A program made the translations under genes and the position numbers. DNA of 64,000 bases from Pavona decussata (Eukaryota), in assembly GCA_977016875.1 (NCBI GenBank), contig CDRNST010000008.1, positions 3,224,001 through 3,288,000 on the forward strand. The letters run 5' to 3'. The notes beneath the pieces are model-generated. The model was not told where the DNA came from. It worked only from the letters and a program-made list of their open reading frames with translations, and did no database searches. Below, piece after piece: positions 13,251 to 26,829 of this stretch; the first letter of the stretch is position 1, and each line of letters begins with the position of its first letter.

Positions 13251-16200
13251 TCACCACTCAGTATCACTTAACCTGCACGGACAGCTACTCAGAACCTTTC
13301 CTAAGTACTCCCATTCACCTTTTAGAGGGGGTGATGGGCCCTCGATTATTGGTTTACACAGGTCTCTATCTTCTCTGACCGTCGTATGCACAACCGCTGT
13401 TCTCTTGGCACCCTGCTCTTGCCTGTCAAATAGAGAAGTCTTCCAAGGTCCTGATCTTCCGAAAATAGTAGGGAGACGAAGATTAAACAAATCGTGCTGT
13501 CTGAAGGAAGAGAAACGAGGATGATGAAATGGTGGATGAGCCATGAGCCAGTTGCCTCTCCTGTTACCGTGATGAGCCAACGGAGCCCAATGTTTTTCCC
13601 TTTTATCTTCCTCTTCATCATCGTCGTCTTCCTGGTTGAACGCACGAGGGATAAATATGTTGTGTTGGTAATCCCAGTAGCCTTCATCATTGTCTTTATG
13701 AGCCATTACCACTAAAGGGTTGGTATGCCGATGGTATCCCCAGAAATGCCGTCTATGGGGAGATCCAAAATGGTTGGGAGATCCAAAATGGTTGGGAAAT
13801 CCAAAATGAGGGAGGAATCCAAAATGACGCATCTTACGATGATGAAGGCGATGTTGTCGTTCTATTACTGGTGGTGAGGTGTAGGACTCGTCTGGTCCAA
13901 CGGACGATCGTTGAGGAGGTTCTGATTCAGAATACGCTTCATCAACATCCATAAGAGTACTGCTTGGTATTGTCATGCCTGTTAACATTTTCTGAATGTC
14001 GCTACTTTCAGTTTTCATTTCCTTGTTAATAGTCGCCTTCACCTGATCATTGAGGACATTCATTACCTGATCTAGCTGTAAAGAGGGGCTTCCACTCATT
14101 TTTGGGTTGTCAAAATAAGCTTCTTTACTCAAGAACTGAGGGATATTTGGTAGTCTGTGTTTCTTTTGGCATGTCAAAACTGTCACAGTTGTCTTTCCGT
14201 TATTAGGGTCCGCGTGACAATCTAAGCGCTGTTTTTGCACTTTTGTAGAATCTCTTTCTGGTTTCGTTGAAGTAATTGGAACTACTTTCCCACCAACCGA
14301 GAGTGATCCACCAATTTTTTGTGTCGGATCTAAGACGATATTCAAGGTCGGAACATCTTGAGATTGCTCTGCAATAGACTTTTCCAGTCCTTCCAGAAAT
14401 CCTCCACCAGCTGGCTCCATAAGAAGATTCTCCTTTTCCTGTTGCTGATTTTCTGTTATGACAGGGCGGGAAACTTCTTCCATTTGAAGACCATCGACCC
14501 CGCCCTTAAGATCCTGACCGATGTTGACAAAATGGTGTCCCTGGTGCATTGGAGATTCTGTACTGTCAGTAGTGTCAGTTTTATTTCGAGAAGTTTCTTC
14601 AGACGAGGGTTTCTCGTTTCGCATTTGTCCCTTACGGTGTTGTTCCTCAATTCCTTCAGAAATCTTTAACGCTGAAAGAGCATCTTCCTTGAAAAGTGAC
14701 ATAGGTCCATAAGCTTTGCTTGACGTTTGTGAGGCATTGTTTGCAGATTGTGTGGATTGAGATGTAATGCTTTGATTTCCAGTTGTGATAGTGTGTGATA
14801 CCTGGTCAGGCTGTAAAGTAGCGTCTGGATCTTTGCTAAAGAGTGACATTGGATCGTTATTAGACAAAATGTCAGACGATGAGGCATTGTTGTCGGTTTG
14901 TGGTATCAATAAAGTATTTTCAGCGGGCATGATAGCTTGCTTTGCAGTCGGGCCTGAAATAATAACGGTAACATGGCCATTCGAGTTTGTTACTTTCTTT
15001 CCTGAATCGTTCACTATGACATGGTACGTCTCTGGTTCATTAGATGATGTGCTTAGTTGTTTTATTATAGCAGATGGTTGTTTTGTATTCGAATCTTGCG
15101 ATTCTGTTGACTGTGACTCACTTGATAGCTTTTGTTCGTCTTGAGACTCAGAATGCATTTGTTGGGTGGAACTTTGTTTGTGTGCAGACTGATTAACACC
15201 AGTTTCCTTGGATAGGGTCAAATTTGTCCCCTCTTCACGAACTGTGGATCCCATGTTACTCTGTGTTTCAGTTTGATTTTCCTCATTCCTGCTGTCTTTT
15301 TGACTAGTGGCGTTAGGTTTCAATGAGTTGACAAAACCGGTAATTGCACTTTGGTTGCTAATGTTTTCGTTTCCGGGTGAATCAGCTTGGGAATGAGTCT
15401 TGGTTTTGTTTGTGGTTTTGTTCTCTCGACCATTGAAGGCATGTTCATTTTGGCTTCCCACTTCGGAACTTACATTTTCATTAGATTTCGTTTGATTTAA
15501 TTTCAAGATGTGTACCAATCCCTGATATACCGGTTTTCCTGCATCATCTTGAATAACAACACTTGTTGGAGTTTGTTCTTGATTCGTGTCCTGCCAATTC
15601 TTGTTGCCTGAGGGGATACCAAATTGAAATTCGGAGTCACCTTGTTCTACTTGGTCTTGGTTGGATTCCATAGAACTCAGGGCGTTTTCCAGAGCTTTAT
15701 ACCCTTTTGTTGCACTGGGTGCGTCGTTGTCATTGCCTGAATTGAGGAAGTTTGAGGCATAACTATTAACGTTGTACTCGGAATTTTCTGCAGCTGTATT
15801 GTGTCTTGGAAAGCCATTAGCGTCAGCTGAACTTTGGCCACCAAACCATAGAAAATGGTTTCCAAGATTGATTACTTGACGTGCAGTGGCTTTATGATAC
15901 AGTTTTTTATGTTTTTGCTTCAAAGCTAAGTCGTTTGTACTCCGATGTTTAGCCAAATGGTGGAAAAAACTACTTCGCTTACTCCTGTGTTCTTTTTCTT
16001 TGTAATCTACGTTCCCCTGTGCACTTTTCTTCGAGAAAACTTCCTTATCGGTGTCCAACATAGCCTGGTTAGCAGAGAAGATAATGGACGAAACTGATGA
16101 TGCGTTAAGAGCTCTTGCTAGACTTTCATCTTGCTGGATTTCAGTTTGACGTTCCATACCTTGATCACCATTCTCCTTTCGACTGAGTAAAGCTTGACTA

Positions 16201-18844
16201 TTAGTTGTCTCAAGGACGTTGTCTGCAAATGTTCTACCAGCCGGTGCTTCTTCACGGAATGCTTCATCAGTTACTTCAGTTCCAGAGTTTACGTTAGTTA
16301 TTAGAGGCTCTGCTCTCGCCGCTACTATATCTGAATTAAGCTTTTGTAGTAGGGTGTAAGGTTTTCTTCCTTGTGCTTGCTCTGCCGGTTTTACTCTATT
16401 ACTCGTTTGGTTAATAAAGTAGCTATTGTTGGATCCTTTCTGGAACTCTTTTGTTAAATGTTTCTCGGATGTCTGCAAACCCTCTTGTGGTGGTATGTGG
16501 AAGTGATTATCCTGGTAAGTACCTTTCGATGATACTGAAGTCGGCATCTGTAAGTCAAACGACTGCCCTATCCTTAAGCTGGTTACATTGATAGACAACG
16601 AAGGTGCTTCCTCTGTACTCTTGTTGTTTGTAGGAACAGATTTATAAGAAAGGAGCTCACTGTTTGATGTCTGGTTTGATTGTGATAGGAATCCTGCAGA
16701 AGTAAGTTTTACACCTGTCGTCATTTGTTCTAGATTAGCTGTGTTATTTCCTAGCGTATTGCCTTGTGTAGTTTTGTTATTTGTTTCAGCTACTTTTACC
16801 TCACCAGAGGTGCCATTTTGACCTTTTGTTCCATTTCCTTGTGTCAGAGACGGTTGAGTTCTTATTTTATTAATTGTAGCATATAATTGTCCAGTCAAAT
16901 GGAACCTTGCGGGAGATGTTTTATTTGTTGCATTTTGAATCAGATTTCCAGGTTTAGTTTCGCTTGCAATGATATCGCTTATGTGCAACTTATCCTCCAA
17001 AGTTAGATTTGCTTGAGCCTTGGTTTTTCCAACTTGAGAAAAAATTTTGTTTTGAAACGTGGCTTTTGTAATATTCACATCATTTTGGATAGCTTCTTTA
17101 CTCTGGATTTGGTGAGACAGTTTGTTATTACTGGTTTTCAATGGTATTTTTCTTATTTCGTCAGCTGCCCATTTAGCACTATCTTCGTCATCAGAGATCC
17201 CTAATATTCCGTAATCAGCCAGTAGACGTGCTGTTTGAGAAGCTTTGAATCCTTCTGATGCGTTATGGCCAAGGCCTTCACTTTTCTTTGGATGATGCTG
17301 TTCTTCATTTGTTTCCTCCTCGACAATCCCATCGCCTTTGGCGACGGCGGAATGCTTTCTGGCTTTTTCCTCACTAATGGCCTTTTTTCTTGTCAATCGT
17401 CTGACAAACCCGGTGTTATCTAATGGAGAAGAAACTCTCAACTTTTTCTTTAAATTTTCCTTTTCTCTAATGGTATGAATAACATTTTTCCTTTGGAAGA
17501 GACCACCATTATGAGTTGAGTAGAAGCGTGTAGCTACATCTGAATCTGTAATATGCAAAATGAAGAAATTTAGAATTCGTGGTCATGAACCAAACTAACA
17601 AAATGCTGGGAAAAGCTTTCATAATTATTCATAAATAAATTTCAGTCAGTTGGAGATACACTTGTTGGCTAGTCATAATAACCAACGACTTATCAGTTTG
17701 CCATTTATATTACATTAGTTAGAGTAGCTGGACGATTAAGTTCGGGTCTGCCTTGTTGAAGCTACTGAACGTCCGGGCCGTAACCATAGTCGCCAGAACG
17801 TGAATATACATTTATATATTTAAGGTTGTCAGGAACCCGTTCTGTTATCAAATAGCATCAGTAATATGGGACATTCTGACCTTTGCGAGTGATATAAGTT
17901 TGTAAGTAGGTTGATAGTTTTCGAGCAAAAGAAAACTCTTTACATTGTGTGCGGGCGAAGCTATTTACATCTACATTTAATGACAGTACCAAACGATTCC
18001 GAATATAACCCCCTCCCTCTCTCAAATATAAGTCCCTCAATTCTGAGACTGTTAGGCTTAGCTGTTGTGAGCTGTTTGTTCAGTATTTCAAGCTTTTTTA
18101 TTCTCAAACCGAAACAGTTTTAAAACGCGAGACTCCCTGTAATGATAATGCAGCCCCTCACGAGAACAGTTCCCTTAAGAATTATTTGAAGAATTGAAAC
18201 CAAGGTCTTATATCTAGAATTTTATGATATTTTAAATATTTGCGATAGGTAACTTTCAATGTGATGGAAGAATAAAAAGAAATTTGCAAGTGTAAGATCA
18301 TAATGACATAATATTAGTCGTAACACACAAATTTCAATGTTTACCTGCTAAGACTGACAGGTAAACCTTCAGGAAAACAAAAGCCAACAGGTTCACCACA
18401 ATGCTCTGTTCCACTCTGTAAATGAAAGAAAAGTTAAAAGTCAAAAGAAAGTCCCTGAAGAGAAAACTAACAACTTGATGACAGTGGCAGCTTCAAAATC
18501 CAAAAGGGGCAGCTTCCTGAAAAAGGGAATTTTCACGAGAATATTTCTAGAAACTGCTTCAAGAATTATGATTCAACCATGTGTTAGATTGTTCTGTTAG
18601 GATCACAATACTACATTTAGTACATGGGCTTAATAAAACCACAATAAAGGATATGGCACACACCCTTTACTCGCCTCAATGCTTTGACAATAACTCAAAA
18701 GGGTTTAAAAAGGTAGACATCAAATTTATCCTGAACTAAGCTTGGTCAGACCACACTCAATTTGCACTTGAAAATTTCATCAAAGTTCAAATTTTATAAA
18801 CTCTGTTAAAACATTTTCGTCATCTTCCAGTCTTCTTACCTCAT
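13251..18844 (-). CDS. G2: very large secreted S/T/N/Q-rich protein, ~1456 aa; exons 18844-18840, 18415-18345 (signal peptide), 17545-13251
   Basis: ATGAG|gtaag (phase 2) joins exon 18415-18345 to give MRVEQSIVVNLLAFVFLKVYLSVLA-D. Its phase-1 donor GTAAAC joins acceptor catattacAG at 17545, in frame with the 1435-aa ORF; total 4371 nt. Dense N-glycosylation sequons, an RSKR furin-like site, a His/Phe/Gly-rich segment, a poly-D/E tract and a Cys-containing tail. Confidence 0.88.
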
Positions 18845-20045
18845 TTCGCAGCCATATATATTTGTTGTAAATGGAGTCAAAATTTTACATGATTTTCCAG
18901 CTTAAGTTTGTCGCTTCTGCGACGCATTCTATTTTCATGATCTAAACACTGTAATGCGATGAAGTGATAAATATTTATTTCTTTGAGGATCAGTGATCAG
19001 TTGCAGTTCATAGAAATGGCTGGTGTTCTGTTGTGGGTTATTTGGTTTTGAAGAGATTCGATGCAGGAGGTTAGCTTCATCTGATTTCCTCATTTGCTGA
19101 TACATTTTCTAAGGGCAGAAGCTATGTTTACACTATACTAAATAGCATTTGTGAGGCAAAACCATATGCCTTTCTTCCAAACATATTTTAGCTGGGTTTT
19201 CTGCCAGAAGGCCACTGTGCCGTAAGTGAACGTCTTGTACCACCTTGTATGGGATAGCGCTTCGCGCCGCTTCAAGCGCGTAATGTCAACAGGTAACCCG
19301 CCGGATCGCCATGCCATAGTCTTTTATGGTGTAAGTCCTATCCGATTTAGCGTGAACAATTGCTTGCTGGTTGTCGCCATTTCTTTATTTCTATGTTACA
19401 AACCTTTTTAGTATAATGTGGACATAACCCAACAATTTGTTCCTTTCCACTTATTATATAAACTCTACTCGCACTGCTTTCATCTCATTTCTAAGTGGAG
19501 AGCGATTCTACGTTACCTTTGTGACGTGTTGTGGGAAGTAAATGGAGTCGAAGCATCCCAAATCTATTACGAAATATTGCACAATCGCAATTGCGACGCT
19601 TCAATAGGACGATTCAGTACGTTTTCTAGAACGCACTTGGGTTTCAGACGTTTCGGCCTATAAGATGTTATGAGAAATACTTCCATAAAACGTTCACTGT
19701 ATTGCCACTAAATATGTCAGAAGCAGTTTCGCAAATTTTCGCAAGTCATCATGTGATAAGCGCGTTTTTCCACGTTGCTCCCTTTGCATTGCTCTATTCG
19801 TGCTTGAATCTGGACAAGTCCGCATCTAAGTAACATAGCCACAGTTATAGGCAAAACGTATTTTTCAGTCAAACGTCCTCATGAGAAAACTATTGTACAA
19901 GTTTTATTACGTTTAAATTAGTTTTCAATTGTTTAGAAATCATTTTGCAAGAAAGGGATTGCTGCAATAGCACATGTTTTCTATGTTACTGTTACTGTTG
20001 TGTTTCAAAAATCGTTTAAATCTTTAAACTGAATCTTTAAACTAA

Positions 20046-20353
20046 GGCCCAGTTCAGACGCCCAACTTTTCATGAGCCGAACTTAACTCAAATTAAGGTC
20101 GGCTCAGATCACAAAAATTCCGCCTTTTGATTCAGACGCCGAATTTAATAACACTTTATGCATTAGGTTCGTCGGCTCATGAAAAGTTCGGCGTCTGAAT
20201 CAAAGCCGTTCCAAAGGCCGAAATTCCCGGCTGAGCCGGTCGGAAAGAACGGCTTAGCAGTTCCAAATTGAAGCAGCCGTTCTCAACTGATTCATGTACT
20301 TAATTCAAGGAATTAGGTTCGGCTCATGAAAAGTTCGGCGTCTGAACTGGGCC
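20046..20353. mobile_element. PIF/Harbinger (Tourist-like) MITE
   Basis: TIRs ggcccagttcagacgcc.aacttttcatgagccgaac / gttcggctcatgaaaagttcggcgtctgaactgggcc. TAA TSD at 20043-20045 and 20354-20356. Confidence 0.88.
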
Positions 20354-21366
20354 TAATATAGAGTTGAACGAATAATCAAAGTGATAACAACTTTCAACTA
20401 GGTTTCACGGAACAGATATTGGTATTTGTATTATTGTTTAAAGTGAATTTGAGCGAAAAATTATATTTGGGTTATTGACCCCAAGAGTGAGTTCAAGATG
20501 GCGGACATTGGCCAAGTTGACATGACAGAGTAACTCCCCGATTTAATGGCACATTCATTGTAGCAAAAACAAAATTTACACTGTTGCAAGATAATTTCGT
20601 ATTCCTATTCTTTTCTTTTGGCAAATTTTTAGTTTTAGTGAGTGTTTTCCCTAAAGTGAGAAGAAAATAGAAGAAAAGCTTGCATTTCTTTTGATGACGA
20701 GTGAAAGGGGAACGGGCAACGGGTAATGCGCAGGATCTGATTCAGTAGATAGCCAAATGCGCCTTCTAGTCTTGAAAAGTAAATATAGTTATTACAAATA
20801 CATATTAGAAAATGAACAATTTCATGTTAAACGAAAAACTATGTAAACTTTTCCTCGAAAAGATGCCGAAAAAATTGAGCAGCTAGCAGCTACTGACGGG
20901 CTTCTCCTTCTCAAAAGTATTGCTGCTTGAAGCATTTGGAAAAAATCAAAGGCATCCTAGAAATAGAAAGAGATCCTAAGTGTCATCCTAACTACGATCC
21001 TAACTCGACAAATAGCTGACCTCGATCTTGAAGTACATTCGAGCCTCTTTTACGCGGTCAGCCCCTGGGAAATGCAAAGTGGTCGCCAAACAGGGGTTCG
21101 TCAAAAAAAGTAAAAACACGCTTTGAGGCTTGTGATTATTGTTTCATATAAGTCAACCTGCTATTCATAACAGATTCAAACTTCCAGTTTTAATTTATAT
21201 TGTCGCGAAAATACGGTCCCCTTCAAAATTCACATAGTTTCTCTCAGCAAAATCCTCGTCTAAGGTTTCCACGTAAATAAAACCATGGCTTGGCAGTGTT
21301 CACTTCAAACTGATAACTAAAATACCAAATAGTCTCCTTTTTGCTGACTAAAAATATACTCGTTAC

Positions 21367-23589
21367 CATGGGCTATAGGAAACATGGGTTTCGACCAGGA
21401 GGGAGGGGTCAACTTCGGCTTTTCGCAATCGGATTGCTTGTCCGGATGATGCAGGCCATCGTGACGTTACTTCCTGTAAAACCCGAGGTTGAATGATCGA
21501 TAACCTACAACCTCGCCAATTTTTTCCCTTGGATAATCAGTCAAATAATTCTACGCCAGGCCATCAAAGAATCATAGCTATGTATAAACCTATTACCATA
21601 ATACATGAAAACAGCATCATCGCTCGTGAAGTTAATATTTCAAGTATGAAAACACGCAAAAGTTTCACACTGGTTGATAGCAAATGCCACAAAACAGTGA
21701 CGGCCTGCGTCTCTTTGAAGAAAGATAAGTTGAGAATCCAAAAGAATTTAACAAAGAGGGAAAAGTGAGATCTTACTGTGGTTTAGAGCTTTCGATTGGC
21801 CATTAAAAACAATTATCTTATAACTTGATAAAAACGCATTTCCCCGGTACTGTCTGGTCGAGCGCTCGCGAAAAGAAAGGCGAAAAACATTTTTTCTTAA
21901 GCTATTGGAAAAGCTACGTTGTAAAGAAGCCTTCAGTACAAAGTAATATGCCAGATGGTAATTGTTAATGGACAACGGGGTTTGCTTTTTTTGTTTAATT
22001 ATCTCACAAAAACAGGAAAATATGACAAGACTTTCCTTGCGAGGCCGAGCGGCTGACGCCAGCTTTAAGGCAAAATAGCCCAAACATTCTGTATCTAAAC
22101 ATCAAAATTCTAGGGGCAATGCATAGGTTTTTCTCTCACAGGTTTAGAATACATAAGGAGGGTTCAATTATTCACTGGACTAGTACAACTCAACTTTTAC
22201 TCTTACATCATCTCACCAATGTAAATCAACTGAAGGACAGCATTTATCGTCTCCTTGCTCATTTGTTTTGTGGATCATTTCAGGTGATAAGTTTATTTCT
22301 CTGACAAGACGTCTCCGTATCAGAGATATAGAGAAAGCTGAAGATATTGTGAATATGTTTAGTCAGAAAACTGAGCTCAGGAGTACGCGATATGGTATGA
22401 AATTTCGAGAAATTTCTCGCAAAAAATTAGTTATCAGTTCAAAAGAAAGCCCGTTTCCTCGGGCGTCCGCATATTTTGCAAGCTTTTTCAAAATTCTAGG
22501 TTGCTCAGCAAAAGTCTTCTTTACAAAGGTTAAATGGCATGGGTAAATTAAAATAAGTTCCTTTGAATCATCACTTTGTATCTATCTGATCATTGTAATA
22601 ATGTTAGAAGCCAATTCTTTTACCTCAGGTCAAGTTTCAGCAATAAACACAAACTTCTAATTTTCACTGTTTTTTTACTCGGTGAAACAAACGCACTGAT
22701 CATTTTTACATTTGAATATAACCTAGCAATCTCAACTGGAACGTTTGCACTAAGATTTGACCTCGTCCAAAGCCAAATGTCAGTTTCACCAGCACTTTGT
22801 ATGATTGATAAGATGTAATTTTTTTGGCGCGGACAATCTCAGCTTTTCCGATTAGCGCAAGTACACGTAACTCTTCACTGCAATACTTTCAGCATAATTC
22901 ATGGATTGAAAATAAATAGACACTTACCTATATCAAGAAAAGAAGATTAAAAGTCTACTCAGTAAGAAAACAAACCCCATCCGGAGCTTTGCTGGAAAAA
23001 AAAGTCGTTTGATGCAGCAAAATTATCAGCACCATTTTCGAAACTGGACAAAATCCCGCGCTTCACAGGAAGTGACGTCACGATGCCCCGTATCATCCGG
23101 AGAGCCAAGCCCACGAGTTCACCTCTCCCTCCTGGTTTCGACTAAATAAAGATTACATTTATTTCAAATAAAGTTGTATTACTCACAACGAAGTAGTCTT
23201 TTGTCTTTTCTGGTCGTTTCTCCCCATTTACGTCAATTAAAATAGCCCTAACATTCTATATCGTCAGCATGCATCGTTAAGCCTTGGTAACCATGCCGTG
23301 TTATTGAAACCCCAGTTAACACTCGCGCGCTAAGCGCCCGCACCTGGAATTTCAATAGGACGCACGGTTACCAAGACCGTAACGAATGCTGACGAATTTG
23401 TTATGCAGGCTAAATTTGTTTTGAGTCAAACGGCGCGTTGTTACTTGTTAATTAGGGCTATTCTACAAGAAATAAATGGGGAGAAACGACCAGAAAAGAC
23501 TAAATACTACTTCATTGTGAGTAATTCAACTATATTTGAGATAAATGTAATATTTATTTAGTCGAAGCCCATGTTTCCTATTGCCCATG
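21367..23589. mobile_element. Fold-back MITE with CA..TG ends (P-element-like), interrupted by a 1.7-kb insertion
   Basis: catgggctataggaaacatgggtttcgac(taaataaa...) pairs with tttattagtcgaagccccatgtttcctattgcccatg. Long arms 23143-23230 and 23470-23565 are inverted copies. The flanks tcgttac / tcgcaac may be a decayed TSD. Confidence 0.75.
21396..23134. mobile_element. Non-autonomous hAT- or P-type DNA transposon with a perfect 8-bp TSD
   Basis: TIR caggagggagggg / cctctccctcctg plus subterminal inverted motif ccggatgat..catcgtgacgttacttcctgt. TSD gtttcgac at 21388-21395 and 23135-23142. No transposase ORF. Confidence 0.85.
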
Positions 23590-23803
23590 TCGCAACGACT
23601 GACTAAGGATTACTATTGTAACATGCACGGTGAAGTCGGGTAAGTTTATTTATTGTACAAGCATGAACAGTCCGGCTTTCGAAAACTGTGTTTACCCTTC
23701 AGGGATTTGTTAGCCTTTCAAGGCCTTTCTAAACATCCTTCCCCATATCGCAGCCGCGAGTCCAAGTGACTTCCCTGTGGACAGGTTTATTCAAATATAT
23801 TGC

Positions 23804-25751
23804 TCATTTTCCCTGTTTTGCCTTTATGGCATACCTAGTCACAGCTTTATCATGTCCTGAGGCAGATTGTTTACCAGGATACGCATGGGAATTGCTTCCT
23901 CTCTTCAAAACTTTTCCCCTTCTAAATGACAAAGAACGCTGAGCATCTAAATCGTCGAAATTTATGGAATCAATATCTTTTGACAAAATAGAGGTCATTC
24001 CTATTGAATTAGAGCTTGTTGGCAGTCGCAGTCCGAGACGAGAGAATCGTGTACTGGTAGGGCTCTCTGTTGAGCGAAAGCTCGACTGCAGCTTCATTAA
24101 GCGATCTACATCCGGGTTTTCTTGCAATGGACGGTTTCCTCCGCGAGCCATATTGTCGCTTATTTCTTCCATAACCAGGTTATTGCCAAGTGGCTTAGGC
24201 CGTTGAGAAAGCCTTTGCTCGGGTTCGTTTCGTTCTATAAAGTTGTCTTCCTGTGCTGTGGAATCAGGCAACTCTTCTTCGCTCTCAGTATACATCCGCT
24301 GAGTGGGGTTTGCGGATGTGTGATGCATCATTGACGGGGATATTGGAGAGTCAAACCCACCTGCTCTTTGTAGGAGGGAACCCTCTCTAGACGGTACTTC
24401 TGAGAAAAAACTTTGAAGCGGAGAACTTCGTGATGTTGGAAGGCTGATCGGTGTGCCAGACAACGACGACATCCTAAGTGGGTTTCCACTGACAGGAGAC
24501 CTCCCAAATGGTAAGCCACCTAAGAGGGGTGCAGCTTTTAAAGGTGAGCCACCTTCAGGCTGTCTTGGCATCGGTGCTATGGCGCCGTTGTCTAACATCT
24601 GGGCGTGAATAGGTTGCTCCATGAGTGGTGTTCTTAAATTTCCTTGCAGCATATTTATGCCACCTAACTGTCCAAGACCAGTGCCTTGAATGGGTTCCGT
24701 CATAATCGGGGATCCCTGCTGAAGACCGCTGTTGAGTTGAGCAAGGTTATTTCTTCCCGTCAAATCTTCAAATCCTTCGTTACCTTCACTTTCTGGGTGG
24801 TTGCCGGCCAGAAGGAACTCCTGTCTCATTTCATTCAAAACTGTATTCCTGTCGGAATTTCCTAAAGCCTGCCTCAGTATTTGTCCCATAAGATGCGAAC
24901 TACCTTGTGTTGGAATAGGTCCAAATCCATTCATTCCGTCACCATTTAACGCTTCGCTAAGGCTTCCGAAATTATTAGGCTGTCTTTCTCCAAAGAGTTT
25001 TGCTTTCAAAGTCTTTAATAAAGGAACCATTTTAAAGCCATGGCGATGCTTTCTGTGCACTAGAAGTGGATTTCCATCCCAGTTTTCTGTGACGCTATTT
25101 ATCGATTCGCCCCCAAAAAGTGACTCCGCAGGATCCTCCATGTTGTCCAGTGAGGAAAAGTGATTTTCTCCACGATTCAGTTTGTTTATGAGAACGTTTT
25201 TTAGCCAAGGCAACATTTTTGTTGGCCATATCATCGCTTTCTTTGAATGGTGTTGATCTTTGCAGGACTCTTCCTGTTTTTCCTGGTTGAAAAGTTTGCA
25301 CAACAATTTTTGAATGACTGCTCTTTGTTTCTTTTCATCTTGAGTATATTTTGGATGACTTGATTTATGCCTTACAACATGGCTCGTGTTCTTTACTCTA
25401 GATTCATTCAAGCTGTCTTTGTGTCCTGTGAGAATTTTAATCTTTGTTAAGCGCTTGTCACCCCTCTGGTTGTTCCTTTTCTTTGCTAATGTAGATACCT
25501 TGTTGTTTTCTTGAAAGAAGTGAGTGAGTTTGTTCGTTTTTCTGAATCTGTCCTTATGTTTCGGGAACCCTAGGGAAAGCAGAGCAGAGAGTACATCAGA
25601 GCATCGTTTACCGTTTATGATTTGCAAACCATCGCTGTCGGCTAATTTCGAAAAAGGTACATAAACGTGTTCGATGCAAGTAAGTTATATTACCTTTCGA
25701 AAACAGGATATAGCACGCAATTAAGACAAACGTGGTAACCAGTAGCTTCAT
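23804..25751 (-). CDS. G3: secreted G/P/S/L-rich orphan protein, ~607 aa; exons 25751-25694 (signal peptide) and 25569-23804
   Basis: MKLLVTTFVLIACYILFSK-G then GTAAT (phase 1). The acceptor ctctgctttccctAG before 25569 is in frame with the long ORF; total 1824 nt. Probable non-coding exon upstream (donor after 26270, acceptor before 25763). Confidence 0.88.
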
Positions 25752-26829
25752 TATGGTAGTTCACTGCAAAAACAATATCAAGAAAGACAGATTTGTTAAT
25801 GAGGCAGAGCGCAAATCCTGTTTGTCACAGCTCATAGAGTATAATGTTTGGTGCCTTAGGCTTATAGTGGCTGGCTTTATTGACATTTAGGTTGGTTGCC
25901 TTATTACAAGTTTCTCTAATTACGAAGGGGGACTCTTAGAAAAAAACAGACTAATATAATTCGTGAAAAATACTGTATGATACATAAAAGAATAATTCGG
26001 TGAAAGAAATCTAAATTCTGATAGTTCTTGTTTAAATATGAGAGTTAAAGATTATATTAAGGTAAAATCATCGAAACAGAAATTTAACTCGTGTTTAAGA
26101 GGTTATTTAACTCCAATTGCCAAAATTGAGTTATGTTTGTAATAGATGATAAATTATTGCCATAACTTTTTGATTACATTTCACCTTAAATAGCGTCTCG
26201 GGCGGAAATATAACTCCTTTTGGTGGATTGTTTTAACTGCTTTTCTTGGAACAGAAATGTTCTTCTTACCATTTAGTTTTGGTCACACGGACCAGAACGA
26301 CAAACCACGCATGTTCCCATTCTTGCACCAACTTTTAAGAGAAATCCTGTATTTATTTTGGTCCCATAGTTTTTTTCCCGAACGTTTTCTGGTCGTACGA
26401 TACTGATGGCATTTGCGGTCAACTAAATGATGTAAGAAACAGCGCATTCGTTATGCATGGTTTAGTCCGCTCCAACTGGCTTTAACCCAGATAGAATGAT
26501 ACGTAAAGTTAATTTGCAATGGTTTCTTCCTAAAATTGCTCTGTTTGTAACACAAACTCCATAACTCATCGCTGAAGTCGTTCCTTAGATGAAAAAAAAG
26601 TGACTGTGTTCCCTTTTCAAAGTTATAAACAGGATATGCCAAGTGTTTGGTATTTCATCGATAGCCAATCAAACTTCACTCAACCGCCAATGTAAAAAAA
26701 ATGCTCTTCGGACGGGTCATTTAACAACCTGCTACCGCTACCTGCTACCGGCTGTCATGGTAACAAAACATGCTACTCCTTAAGGGATTGTGGGAACAAA
26801 TAAGTTGTTCCTTAGCCACGAACAAATTA

